A stretch of DNA of 64,000 nt, from NCBI GenBank assembly GCA_041577295.1, contig JBFGJG010000004.1, positions 71,816 through 135,815 of the forward strand. The letters are read 5' to 3'. The stretch is from Gemmatimonadales bacterium (GTDB lineage: Bacteria > Gemmatimonadota > Gemmatimonadetes > Gemmatimonadales > GWC2-71-9). Below the pieces are notes generated by a model, which was not told where the DNA came from, did not search any database, and worked only from the letters and a program-made list of their open reading frames with translations. Below are positions 29,852-38,857 of this stretch, piece by piece (position 1 is the first letter of the stretch; each line of letters begins with the position of its first letter). The position numbers and the translations under genes were made by a program.

Positions 29852-30505
29852 CTAATGACCGCCCGAGCGGCTGGCCGTATCTGTCTGCCCTAGCCGGGCA
29901 CGGATGGGTGGATAGAACTGCGTGAATACATGGTCAAACGCCGCGTTGGCAGCGTGGCAAGAGTAACACGCCGCCTGACCCGGGACCATCGTCGCGGTGG
30001 TAGCGTCGCCGCCGAAGTTGAAGAACCCCCACCCCGTCGAATCGATCCCGGCTTTCTTGACATGTACCTCGAGCACCGGCACGCGATCTCCCTCGTAAAA
30101 CCCACCGCGGGCGGGGTCGGCGTTACGCGACGCCTCGTACATCGACATCGCGAACATCGTACCCTCGGCGAACTCGCCATGCTTCATGAAGTAGTCGTAG
30201 GCACCTGGCTGCATGTAAATGTTGTGGAACATGCCGGGTGCTTGATCAGGTCCCACGGGCGATTGCGGCACCGAGTACGAGAGGCCGATCGATGAGCCGA
30301 CCATGACCCAACGCTCCCAGTTCTCAGGCAACATGAGCTGACCGTCCGCCGTGAACTTCGGCAGCTGATCGGAGGGGAGCCCCTCCTGCGTGACAACCGC
30401 CGACTGTGCGACCGCACTCGCGTCCGGAGTGGCCGGCACGAGTGAGAACACGGCCGCTGTGCAGCTAGCGGTAATCAGCACCCCCAACGCCATGTCGGTA
30501 CGCAT
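29852..30505 (-). CDS. Cytochrome P460/c'-beta family protein
   Basis: Signal peptide, PENWERWVMVGS, FHNIY, FAEGTM, GWGFFNF, late CYSCH heme motif, DHVFTQFYP. GAGGTG upstream of ATG 30505. Confidence 0.8.
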   Translation of the reverse strand: MRTDMALGVLITASCTAAVFSLVPATPDASAVAQSAVVTQEGLPSDQLPKFTADGQLMLPENWERWVMVGSSIGLSYSVPQSPVGPDQAPGMFHNIYMQPGAYDYFMKHGEFAEGTMFAMSMYEASRNADPARGGFYEGDRVPVLEVHVKKAGIDSTGWGFFNFGGDATTATMVPGQAACYSCHAANAAFDHVFTQFYPPIRARLGQTDTASRSGGH

Positions 30506-30658
30506 GGGCACCTCGTCGTGTTGCGTGGTTGGATCGCGCAAGGCTGGCGACCCGCCTATGCATAGTTCATTGATACCTAAGAGAACTAGGTAACGCAAGG
30601 GTGCTTGGGGGAAGGAGCAGGCAGGACGTGGCGATACACCAATCCCGTTGGTTGCCTG

Positions 30659-31321
30659 CTAGGAGTCGGCCGCCCGCACTGCTGACCAATCGTAGTCCAG
30701 CAACTTCGCAATATCCTCAGCCAATCGGCTCACGACGACGTTCCCTATGTACTCCATCCGCAGGAGGCCGTCGGGTGTGAACACGAGCACTCCCGACGGG
30801 TGTCTCAACTGATAGTCGCGTTCATCCTGTGCGGGGAGCCCACGCGATGACGCACGGAGCCCTAGTGCGGTCATGGCGGCATGTACCGATTCCAACGGGC
30901 CGGTGAGTCCGACAAACTCGGGATGAAACCCGGCAAGCCAGGCGCGGACGCGTTCGGGCGTGTCCCGGTCTGGGTCCACGCTCACGAACACCACGCGAAC
31001 GCGCGATCCTTTCTCCTCGTCCAGGAGACGGAGGACTGAACCGAGTCGGGCGAGTTGCGCCGGACAGACGTCGGCGCAGTGTGTGAAGCCAAAAAAGAGA
31101 AATGTCAGACGGCGGTCCGTCTCACGCACAAAATCGTATTCACGACTGGACTGGTCGAGGAGCGTAATGGGAGGCTTGGGACGGGCAGGGGCGAGCTGCA
31201 CGGCGCTCACGCTCGCTAGCAGCTGCTCGAGGGGTACCTGAGGCTGTCCGCAAGTCGCAAACAGCGACGTGGCTAGGTAGCAGACGGCCAGCGTCACAAC
31301 CCGACGCGCGAATGACGGCAC
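30659..31321 (-). CDS. SCO/SenC family copper chaperone
   Basis: FFGFTHCADVCP (CxxxC), VSVDPDRDTPE, distal His (LRHPS). Confidence 0.9.
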   Translation of the reverse strand: MPSFARRVVTLAVCYLATSLFATCGQPQVPLEQLLASVSAVQLAPARPKPPITLLDQSSREYDFVRETDRRLTFLFFGFTHCADVCPAQLARLGSVLRLLDEEKGSRVRVVFVSVDPDRDTPERVRAWLAGFHPEFVGLTGPLESVHAAMTALGLRASSRGLPAQDERDYQLRHPSGVLVFTPDGLLRMEYIGNVVVSRLAEDIAKLLDYDWSAVRAADS

Positions 31322-31361
31322 GACTACCTCAGACGAAAGACTTCCTCTGTTGTGGGAGACC

Positions 31362-32054
31362 TCACCGGTTACGAGGACGGAGTTTTTGCCGCGTTCCCAT
31401 GATGACGTCCCACAAGGGAGAACTCACGCCGAAGCCGCGATCGGGATCGACATAATGATGCCGCATGTGCAGCTTCTTTACGTACGCTGCCCATCGTCCC
31501 CGACACCGGTGGTGATGCACCACGAAGTGCGTCGTGTCGTACACCAGATACCCCGCCACGAAGCCGGCAAAGAACACCGGTCCCATCGTTCCGCCCAACG
31601 CCAGTTTGAACGCGAAGAAGAACACAACGGCCAGCGGGACGCTCACGCCCGGCGGCATGACCAGTCGGCGGGAGTCGTTGGGATACAGGTGATGTACGCC
31701 GTGCATCACAAAGTAGATCTTCTCTCGCCAGCCGAGCGCCGGCATGACTGCTTCGTCAGGCCCGATGTCACGCACGGCTGCGAGGGTTCGGTCTTCGATC
31801 TCCTGAGGCACGTGGAAGACGAATCGATGAATCACGTATTCGGTGAGCGTCCACGCAAGTAATCCGGCAACAAACATCGCGACGCCGAGCAACCCATCGA
31901 TGCCGCGTTGCCAGCCGAGGAAGAGCGACAGAGCGATCACGGGAACGTAGATGACATGGGGAACGGCCGGATGAACTCGCGAGAACGACTCGAGCAGTCT
32001 GCTCCGAAACATGCGAATCGACACATCCTCGTTCGAAACAACCAGGTTAGTCAT
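31362..32054 (-). CDS. Fatty acid hydroxylase/sterol desaturase family (FA2H/Scs7-like)
   Basis: His boxes HRFVFH, HGVHH, HFVVHH, HMRHH, plus D..RLVMPP and FGVSSPLWD. Start placed at MTNLVV. Confidence 0.88.
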   Translation of the reverse strand: MTNLVVSNEDVSIRMFRSRLLESFSRVHPAVPHVIYVPVIALSLFLGWQRGIDGLLGVAMFVAGLLAWTLTEYVIHRFVFHVPQEIEDRTLAAVRDIGPDEAVMPALGWREKIYFVMHGVHHLYPNDSRRLVMPPGVSVPLAVVFFFAFKLALGGTMGPVFFAGFVAGYLVYDTTHFVVHHHRCRGRWAAYVKKLHMRHHYVDPDRGFGVSSPLWDVIMGTRQKLRPRNR

Positions 32055-32231
32055 AAAGGTCGTGTACTCCCACACCCGTAGTGTACGAATCCGGTAGCGT
32101 AGGTGCCGTGAGACGTCCAATGACGTGTGATCCCGATCTCTAGTGGGCAGGGATCCCGAGCGGTCTCGTCCAACGGTCTCTAGGGACGTGTAAGCTGGAC
32201 GACTGCGGCGAGACTCGCAAGTGGATCGGGC

Positions 32232-32411
32232 CCCCGCCGCGATCACCACGTACCGGCGTCCTCGGTGTTGTTAGGTCATGGGCGTCGCGATTCCCGCCCG
32301 TGGAAGCCGGGTAGGCCACAGCGCACGTCCGGTCTCGATATCGTACGCGCGCAGTCGCTCGTCCATACTCGCGCCGATGAAGATCAGCCCCCCGGCTGTC
32401 ACGATTGGCGA
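32232..32411 (-). pseudogene. C-terminal remnant of a PQQ-dependent (glucose/quinate) dehydrogenase
   Basis: [59 protein letters not shown] matches the Gcd-type C-terminus. There is an internal TAA where Tyr is expected and no N-terminal part. Confidence 0.8.
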
Positions 32412-32412
32412 C

Positions 32413-32982
32413 CTAGCCGACTCCGGCGAAGCTCGTGTTCTGCGATACTCGGCGGGCCTGTGCGATGTGCCGCCGAGCATGTACCACCAAGACGACGAAA
32501 CACGCGCCGACGTTCATCCGCAGGAAGGGGCTGACTGGCGAGCGAGATGTGGCCCTGGCAGCTCCCAGCTCCTCCACCTGAGCTAAGAGCTTGATGAGAT
32601 CACGATGGCTTTGCTCAAACCGCGCAAGCACGTCGGTGCTGGCGACAGACGATGGCACGAACCTCCCGGGAGCCTTGAGCCGCAACCGCGGGGCTGTCAG
32701 CGTCTTCACAAAGAGACGCCCCCAGAGACCGAGCGCAATCCGGTGATGGGATGGGTGCGGTACGGGACGCGGCTTCGCCCGGGCAACACTCGGGGTCAGA
32801 ACGCAGAGATACTGTCGCGCGGTGACCGTGAGGTGTTCGAGGCATTGACCCACACTCCACGCATCGGCAGCCGGTTGCCAATTGAGTTGCTGCTCATCCA
32901 GCGCTCCGGCAATGCTTTTCGCCTGTCCAATGGCGTCTTCGATACCCGCACGCACTGCCTCGATGGTCGTCGGAACGTCCAC
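32413..32982 (-). CDS. DinB family protein
   Basis: [19 protein letters not shown] and HARRHIAQA. Confidence 0.85.
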   Translation of the reverse strand: MDVPTTIEAVRAGIEDAIGQAKSIAGALDEQQLNWQPAADAWSVGQCLEHLTVTARQYLCVLTPSVARAKPRPVPHPSHHRIALGLWGRLFVKTLTAPRLRLKAPGRFVPSSVASTDVLARFEQSHRDLIKLLAQVEELGAARATSRSPVSPFLRMNVGACFVVLVVHARRHIAQARRVSQNTSFAGVG

Positions 32983-32985
32983 TCC

Positions 32986-34272
32986 TCACTCCTGACGGCT
33001 GTTCACCGCGTCAAAGAAACGCTCCATTTCTTCCTCGGTGTTGGCGAGGTTGGGCGAGATTCTGATGGTATTCAGCTCGGGCGTCGCGAACGCACGGAAG
33101 ACAAAGCCGTGGTTGTGAAGGAGGTGTTGGAAGACATCGGTGCTCTTTTGTCCGACCACCTCCAGCGCGAATAGGGATGCGCCCAAGTCCCACTCGGTCG
33201 GTGAACGCCAGATCACAGCGCGCGAACGCTCCGCACGGTCTCGAAAGCTGGACCAGAGGTGGCGGTAGCGTGCGATCTTCGATTCGTGGCCAAGCGCCCT
33301 CTGAAACCCCATGGCATCACCCAGCGTGATGACCTCGGCCAGATTTCGCGTTCCGTAATCCTCGAAGATCCGAGCTGTGCCCTTCCACCGCTCCTGTCCC
33401 CACGTCACCCACATCGGAGCGAGGCGATCTCGCGCCTCTCGACGCACGTACATGAGCCCCAACCCTTTGGGTGCCTGGAGCCACTTGTGCGGGCTCGCGC
33501 AATAGAAGTCGACACCCAGATCGCCCACCGCGAGATCCAACATTCCCACGGTTTGCGCCCCGTCGACCGCGACGAACTCGACACCGCGTGCTCGCGCCAA
33601 GGCTGCCAGCTCACGAACTGGGTGCCGCACGCCGATCATGTTGTCGACGTGGGGAAAGACCAGGACCCTCGTGCGGGGTGTGATGTGCCGATCGTAGATC
33701 GCGAGTACGGCGTCTTTGGTCAGGCCCGGCGCTTCGTCGAGAGGAAACGCGAAGCGATTCACGGTGAAGCCGCGGCGCTTGGCCAGGTGAAACCAGCAGA
33801 CGCTCGCCCCATCATGGTTGAGCGAGCTAAACAGCACCTCGTCGCCCGCGCCCAGGTCGAGCCCGTGCGCCAGCACGTTGAACCCCTCAGTCGTGTTGTG
33901 TGTGAAAACCACCTCTGATGTCTCACACCCTAGCAACGCTGCGGCATCTTCGCGCACCAACTCCCGTGTTTCCTCCCACGCGCCGCCCCACATGTAAAGC
34001 CAGGGATTGGTCTCGCACAGGCGGAGGTACTCGAGGTGCGCTGCGTGCACGGAGCGTGGGATGGTGCCAATGGACCCGTGATTGAAGTAGACGACCTGTG
34101 GATCTAGGAGATAGCGGTCGCGGAGCTCCAGGAACCCCCGTGGAGCACGGAGGAGCGACGCCACGTCCCGCGCCTCACGACCGAGCGCACGATCGACGGC
34201 GATCATCGCGCTCACCTGCGTCATCCCCGCAACGGCGGCGAGCTGCTTGAGAAACGCGCGGCGGTGTGTCAT
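32986..34272 (-). CDS. Tat-exported class V PLP-dependent aminotransferase (isopenicillin N epimerase/cysteine desulfurase-like)
   Basis: HRRAFL Tat motif, YFNHGSIG, NTTEG, VDGAQ, SPHKWLQAPKG. Confidence 0.88.
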   Translation of the reverse strand: MTHRRAFLKQLAAVAGMTQVSAMIAVDRALGREARDVASLLRAPRGFLELRDRYLLDPQVVYFNHGSIGTIPRSVHAAHLEYLRLCETNPWLYMWGGAWEETRELVREDAAALLGCETSEVVFTHNTTEGFNVLAHGLDLGAGDEVLFSSLNHDGASVCWFHLAKRRGFTVNRFAFPLDEAPGLTKDAVLAIYDRHITPRTRVLVFPHVDNMIGVRHPVRELAALARARGVEFVAVDGAQTVGMLDLAVGDLGVDFYCASPHKWLQAPKGLGLMYVRREARDRLAPMWVTWGQERWKGTARIFEDYGTRNLAEVITLGDAMGFQRALGHESKIARYRHLWSSFRDRAERSRAVIWRSPTEWDLGASLFALEVVGQKSTDVFQHLLHNHGFVFRAFATPELNTIRISPNLANTEEEMERFFDAVNSRQE

Positions 34273-34363
34273 GAAAAACTTGCTCGTGACAGAGGGGTGG
34301 CTGTAAAAGGTTACCGCCAGCTGGAGCGTGGGACAAGAATGGGCAGCGTGAGGAGTCGGCCGG

Positions 34364-35131
34364 TTACGGAAGAGGTCGTGAGGCGAGGTCGATTTCTACG
34401 GTGTCGTCTTGTCCACGGAGGGGACGCCGCATCACGATCGCGCCGTCGATCTCCACGAGCAGCAGCGCGAGCGTGCGGGGTACGGTGAGCCGGTAGTTCG
34501 CACCGGACGCCCGTCCGTTTTGGATTCGGAGACCCGTGGGTAGCACCACGAGGTTCTCGTCACGCGTTGGCCCCTCGATGCTAGCCGATACCCGATCGAC
34601 CTCGGCGGCGCGCACGGTCATACTGCCTTGCTCCTGTCGTGTCGTCACTTGAATCAGGAACACGTCAGTGGTGGGGACGAATGTGATCGTGCCGGGACTA
34701 GCGGGGGTGTCGAGCGCCGTGCTCCCGGGATGTGACACCGGGGCTCGCTCATTTCGCTCTACCAACACGCGGATGTCGTGCCACCGGTCAGCCAACCACG
34801 CGCGCACCGGCCGCACGGTCGTGGCAAGGCCGACCCCGAGGACGATGAGCGCGGCTACCCGCATCCAGGTTCGTTGCCACGGCGCAGGCCGGTAAAGACG
34901 AGCGGAACGGAGAGTGAAGTCCGCAGACGGCTCGTAGTCCATCGCTTGGAGGAGTGCCGATAGCCCACTGGCGTTCCGACGGATGACACTGAGCCGGTTA
35001 CGGCAGACTGCGCAGTCGTGCAGATGTTGCTCGACCAACGCCTGCTCAGCGTGGTCTGATGCGCCGTCGAGGTGTCTGACGAGATCGCCGTCTTCCAGAT
35101 GCGGGGAGTGGTGTTCGACGACGTCGGTCAC
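34364..35131 (-). CDS. Zinc-binding (zf-HC2) transmembrane anti-sigma factor
   Basis: HLHDCAVC (HxxxCxxC) and one TM helix. Coupled to the sigma gene (GTGA overlap). Confidence 0.85.
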   Translation of the reverse strand: MTDVVEHHSPHLEDGDLVRHLDGASDHAEQALVEQHLHDCAVCRNRLSVIRRNASGLSALLQAMDYEPSADFTLRSARLYRPAPWQRTWMRVAALIVLGVGLATTVRPVRAWLADRWHDIRVLVERNERAPVSHPGSTALDTPASPGTITFVPTTDVFLIQVTTRQEQGSMTVRAAEVDRVSASIEGPTRDENLVVLPTGLRIQNGRASGANYRLTVPRTLALLLVEIDGAIVMRRPLRGQDDTVEIDLASRPLP

Positions 35132-35628
35132 GCGAGATCCTCTCGGTCGAGGTTGAGCAGTTTTGCCGCTCGATTCAACGCGCGAGCAATCAGTGTCCCG
35201 ACTGACTTGGTGGACGTGCCGACCGCCCTGGCGATCTCCGCGTGGGAAAACCCCTCTTCACGCATCAGCAGAATCGTCCGATCGCGTTCGCTGAGTTGCT
35301 CGAGCGCCCGGCGCACGTGCGCTCGCAACTCCTCCCGTTCCACGGCCACATCCGGTGACGGGCTCGGATCTGCCATCGGGACGCGGTCTCGTCGCTCCTC
35401 GACCAGCGCCAGGCGCCTGCGTCCACTCCGGTGCCCGTCGCGGACCACGTTGGTGGCGACTTGAAAGAGCCATGCACGCAGGTGGCCGTCATCCCTCGGT
35501 GGGCGCTCGGCGAGCCGAGCGAAGGCTTCCTGTGCGGCATCTTCCGCCAAGTCGGGCTCCCCGGTAAGGCGGGTGAGGTAGCGAAACAGGGCCGCATGGT
35601 GCTCGCGAAAGAGCTGCTCCAGATCCAT
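35128..35628 (-). CDS. ECF sigma-70 family sigma factor
   Basis: LAEDAAQEAF, RAWLFQVATN, LSERDRTILLMREEGFSHAEIA. Confidence 0.92.
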   Translation of the reverse strand: MDLEQLFREHHAALFRYLTRLTGEPDLAEDAAQEAFARLAERPPRDDGHLRAWLFQVATNVVRDGHRSGRRRLALVEERRDRVPMADPSPSPDVAVEREELRAHVRRALEQLSERDRTILLMREEGFSHAEIARAVGTSTKSVGTLIARALNRAAKLLNLDREDLA

Positions 35629-35631
35629 TGA

Positions 35632-38073
35632 TTAGAACGAAACACGGAACCCGATCACAGGGAAGGCAGGAACCGCATCGTCGAATCCATCACAGACGCC
35701 CGGCCGCACGACACGCGTGCCACTGCTGCGAGGACCCTCACACTCAAACGATCCCGTGTAGGGACCCGCGTTTACGTGATTGAATAGGTTACGAACCTGA
35801 AAATAGAGCCCGAACGTCCACGCTTCGAAGGCATGCGTCCAGTCGAAGAGAAAGTCGAGACTCACGTATGCTGGCGACCGTCCCCCGTTTGGCCCCTCGG
35901 CACGGGGGTTTTCGGGAACGCAGCGCGCGGGCGGTCCGGAGCAGTTGATGGCATCAACCTGAAAGCGGGTGAACCGTGTGCCGCTCGTGGCCGCGAACGC
36001 GGTTCCGAAGCGCACGGACCGGCTGAGACGAAACATGCCGGTCACGTCCAATGCATGCCGCGTGTCGCTGGGTGCAGAGTACTCGAGTGAGCCAACGCGT
36101 AACATGGACTGGCCGATAGTGTACGCCAGCGATGTCGTCCACCGGCCGGCGAGCTTGCGCACACTGAACTCAGCACCGTGAGCCTCGTTGGTCGCTGAAA
36201 CGAACTGGGGGCCGTCCGTGCTGAGTGGGCCGGTGACCGTATCGGGGACCGTCACGCCGGTCGTTCGTCGCCAATAGAGATTCACAGCCCCCAGCCACGA
36301 ACTTCCGAGCCACCATTCACCCCCGAGGGCTGCAATGTCACTCCGCATCGCCGGAATGGAATCACCGGCCATCAACCACACGTCCGTGACGTGGAGATTG
36401 TACGCGGCCTGGGCGACGCCCGCCCGCGCCAGGGCTTGCGTGTATTGATACGACCGTCCTACCCCCCCCGAGATCGCCGCACGCGAACCAGGGAGGGTGT
36501 ATCGCGCACTGAGGCGGGGTGCCAGCCGGAAGGGGTGGACGTTGCGTTCGTCCGATCCCAACGACACTCGTGCACCCCCTTCGATCTGGAGACGGCGCAA
36601 TGGTGACCAACGGTGTTCTCCCCACACGGAAAACACATCGACACCTTCCTCCAAGGTGAGAGCGGAAAACCCCAATGGCAGTGGATATGGCTCGGCGCCC
36701 GGGCCACGATAGGAAAGGCGCTGACGGGTGAGGTCCCACCCAAATGCCCACGACGCGCCGGCGGTGTGCGTACCAGGCTCGATGCGCGTGCTGAGAAGCA
36801 AATACGAGATGTCCTGGTTGGTTGCCGGCTCGGCCGATCCGGCCGACGGTCGCACATTTGCCCCGAAATAGCTGAGACCGAGCGTGTGGCGTGCGAAGAC
36901 GCTACCGATGGGATGCGTTACGGACAGTCGCCCAACGCGGTTACCCCAGCCTCCGGCGTTCCCGTCGAGCACGTCCTGGTCGTTCCGTCCGACGCCGTCC
37001 CACTCCCACAGTCCACTCAGCTCGACCCCAACCCGATCGGCCGCTAGGAAGTCCACGCGTCCAGTGAGATCAAACATGGAATAGGGAGCGATCACGAAGT
37101 CGAGATGGCTGCGGCGCGCGGCGAACATCCAGCCTCCCCGACCGTTCTCGGCTCGTCGATCGACGGCGAGCCGGGCTGTCAGCATCGACAACTCACCGAA
37201 TCCACGCACGTCGCCGTTTCCGCTGGCTGGTCGCGACTCGAGATCGAGAACCGCGGCAACGGCCTCGCCAACGGCTGCGGACCGTACCCCAGGGTGAAAA
37301 ACCGCCGTTCCTACCGCGTCAGGATTGATGCCGGAAAACGCTCCCAAAGCATGTACCGGATTGAACAGAGGGAGACCGTCGAAGTAGACCCGCGTATCGG
37401 ACCATCGCGAGCCGCGTGTCCGGAGCTCCGCCGTGTAATCGTCTCGGGTGGTGACCCCCCCGAACCGTTGGAGCGCCCGAAACAGATCGGTCTCACCCAA
37501 TGTCACCGATTCCACCACATCTGCGTGGGTGAGCGAGCGGGTGTCACTCTCGAGGAAGCGTCGTTGTCTATCGAGTTCGACGTCCACACGAGCCAGATCC
37601 GTCGGATCGCGTACGACGTCGCGAGTGCGGGCGTAGGGCTGAATGAGGGCATCGCTCGTGACGGGCTCGAGCCGAATTGGATTTACCTCGAGACCAACCG
37701 AGACGCGCATCGGCGTGGCGTGCCGAAGTTCAATCTCCACGACCTGCACGCGATACCCGAGGCGCCGAGCCAGCAATCGATATGTCCCTGGCGAGAGGCC
37801 CTCGAATAGGTACGTGCCAGACTCATTTGTCACACGCGCGAGGGTCGAGCGGAGAAACCCGGGTCCACCCCTGGTCGCCGGAACGACCCCTGCCGGTATC
37901 GGGTCCAGAACCACGGTGGCGCCCACCAGCGGTTCGGCCGTTGCGGCGTCCACCACGGTGCCGGTTACGGTACCCAGCGCCGGTACGTCCTGGCCGTAGA
38001 GAACTGAGCTGGTCATCGCGACAACTGTTGCGAGCCCAACTCCACTCGCGACGTACATCAGGTACCGCACCAT
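35632..38073 (-). CDS. TonB-dependent receptor with N-terminal carboxypeptidase-regulatory-like domain
   Basis: GTVVDAATAEPLVGATV, plug-like DLFRALQRFGGV...DGLPLFNPVH, VRNLFN, C-terminal FRVSF. GGAG upstream of ATG 38073. Confidence 0.88.
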   Translation of the reverse strand: MVRYLMYVASGVGLATVVAMTSSVLYGQDVPALGTVTGTVVDAATAEPLVGATVVLDPIPAGVVPATRGGPGFLRSTLARVTNESGTYLFEGLSPGTYRLLARRLGYRVQVVEIELRHATPMRVSVGLEVNPIRLEPVTSDALIQPYARTRDVVRDPTDLARVDVELDRQRRFLESDTRSLTHADVVESVTLGETDLFRALQRFGGVTTRDDYTAELRTRGSRWSDTRVYFDGLPLFNPVHALGAFSGINPDAVGTAVFHPGVRSAAVGEAVAAVLDLESRPASGNGDVRGFGELSMLTARLAVDRRAENGRGGWMFAARRSHLDFVIAPYSMFDLTGRVDFLAADRVGVELSGLWEWDGVGRNDQDVLDGNAGGWGNRVGRLSVTHPIGSVFARHTLGLSYFGANVRPSAGSAEPATNQDISYLLLSTRIEPGTHTAGASWAFGWDLTRQRLSYRGPGAEPYPLPLGFSALTLEEGVDVFSVWGEHRWSPLRRLQIEGGARVSLGSDERNVHPFRLAPRLSARYTLPGSRAAISGGVGRSYQYTQALARAGVAQAAYNLHVTDVWLMAGDSIPAMRSDIAALGGEWWLGSSWLGAVNLYWRRTTGVTVPDTVTGPLSTDGPQFVSATNEAHGAEFSVRKLAGRWTTSLAYTIGQSMLRVGSLEYSAPSDTRHALDVTGMFRLSRSVRFGTAFAATSGTRFTRFQVDAINCSGPPARCVPENPRAEGPNGGRSPAYVSLDFLFDWTHAFEAWTFGLYFQVRNLFNHVNAGPYTGSFECEGPRSSGTRVVRPGVCDGFDDAVPAFPVIGFRVSF

Positions 38074-38195
38074 CAAGTCACTCCTTGCGGTCAAACGACT
38101 ACCGCCCTGGCGCAAGACGCAAACGACCGTACGTGATCACCCGTGAAACGACCGACCCTCGAAATTTCTGACGGGCCCCGGCCGACAAACGACAC

Positions 38196-38227
38196 GCGCC
38201 CGGTGCCGTGGAGCCGGCACCGGGCGC
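38196..38227 (-). terminator. Strong hairpin, likely terminator of the 38250..38771 gene
   Basis: Perfect 13-bp stem GCGCCCGGTGCCG/CGGCACCGGGCGC with a 6-nt loop, followed by only a weak U-tract. Confidence 0.55.
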
Positions 38228-38249
38228 AAACCGCACCGCCGCAGGACGT

Positions 38250-38771
38250 CTATCCCTTCGTGGTGGCGGAGAGGCGATCCCCGAAGAAAGCCCGGCCATG
38301 CCACGCATCCTTGGCAGCGACCTCCCAGCGACCCCCGCGGTAGTCGCCGGCCGTCGCGACGGTATTGTCAAAGACGATCGTGGCTGGGCCCACCGTTCCA
38401 TCCTGGGCGAGCTCCCGGAAGCGCGAACGAGGGACACTCTCCACGCTCGTGCCGCGCTTGAACCAGATTGGAGCATTATCAGTAAGCGTGACACCCGTCA
38501 GCTCTTCTCCGTCCCGCACTGTTCGCACCAGGCCATCGATGGAACACCCGGATGCGCCGGTTTGTGCCTCATCCACGCCGACCACGAGGAATTGCTCGTA
38601 CCGCCAATCACGGGCGACCCGCAGGGGTGAGCCGTGGGCTTTCCATTGGTCCAGGTATTTGTCGACGTGGCCCAGTAGGGTGCGGGCCTGCTGATGGGAC
38701 AAGGGGTTCGCGGCAGCGAAAACCCACACGCGTGCTCCATTTGGAAGCTGGGAAAAAGGCACCAGAGGCAT
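38250..38771 (-). CDS. Conserved hypothetical protein (W.AHG / ASGCSID motif family)
   Basis: ARVWVF, WKAHG, VDE..TGASGCSID, VFDNTV resemble a widespread uncharacterised family. Confidence 0.75.
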   Translation of the reverse strand: MPLVPFSQLPNGARVWVFAAANPLSHQQARTLLGHVDKYLDQWKAHGSPLRVARDWRYEQFLVVGVDEAQTGASGCSIDGLVRTVRDGEELTGVTLTDNAPIWFKRGTSVESVPRSRFRELAQDGTVGPATIVFDNTVATAGDYRGGRWEVAAKDAWHGRAFFGDRLSATTKG

Positions 38772-38857
38772 GGCCACTTTCCTTTGACTACGTTAGTGCA
38801 ATTCGAGCGATCACTGAGGATGAAAGATAACCAGTTCCTCTTGCCACGGACCGCTTC

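Noticed and set aside
32271..32273. Recoded stop in the PQQ dehydrogenase fragment
   Set aside because: It is a TAA at a Tyr position, and most of the gene is missing, so it is ordinary decay.
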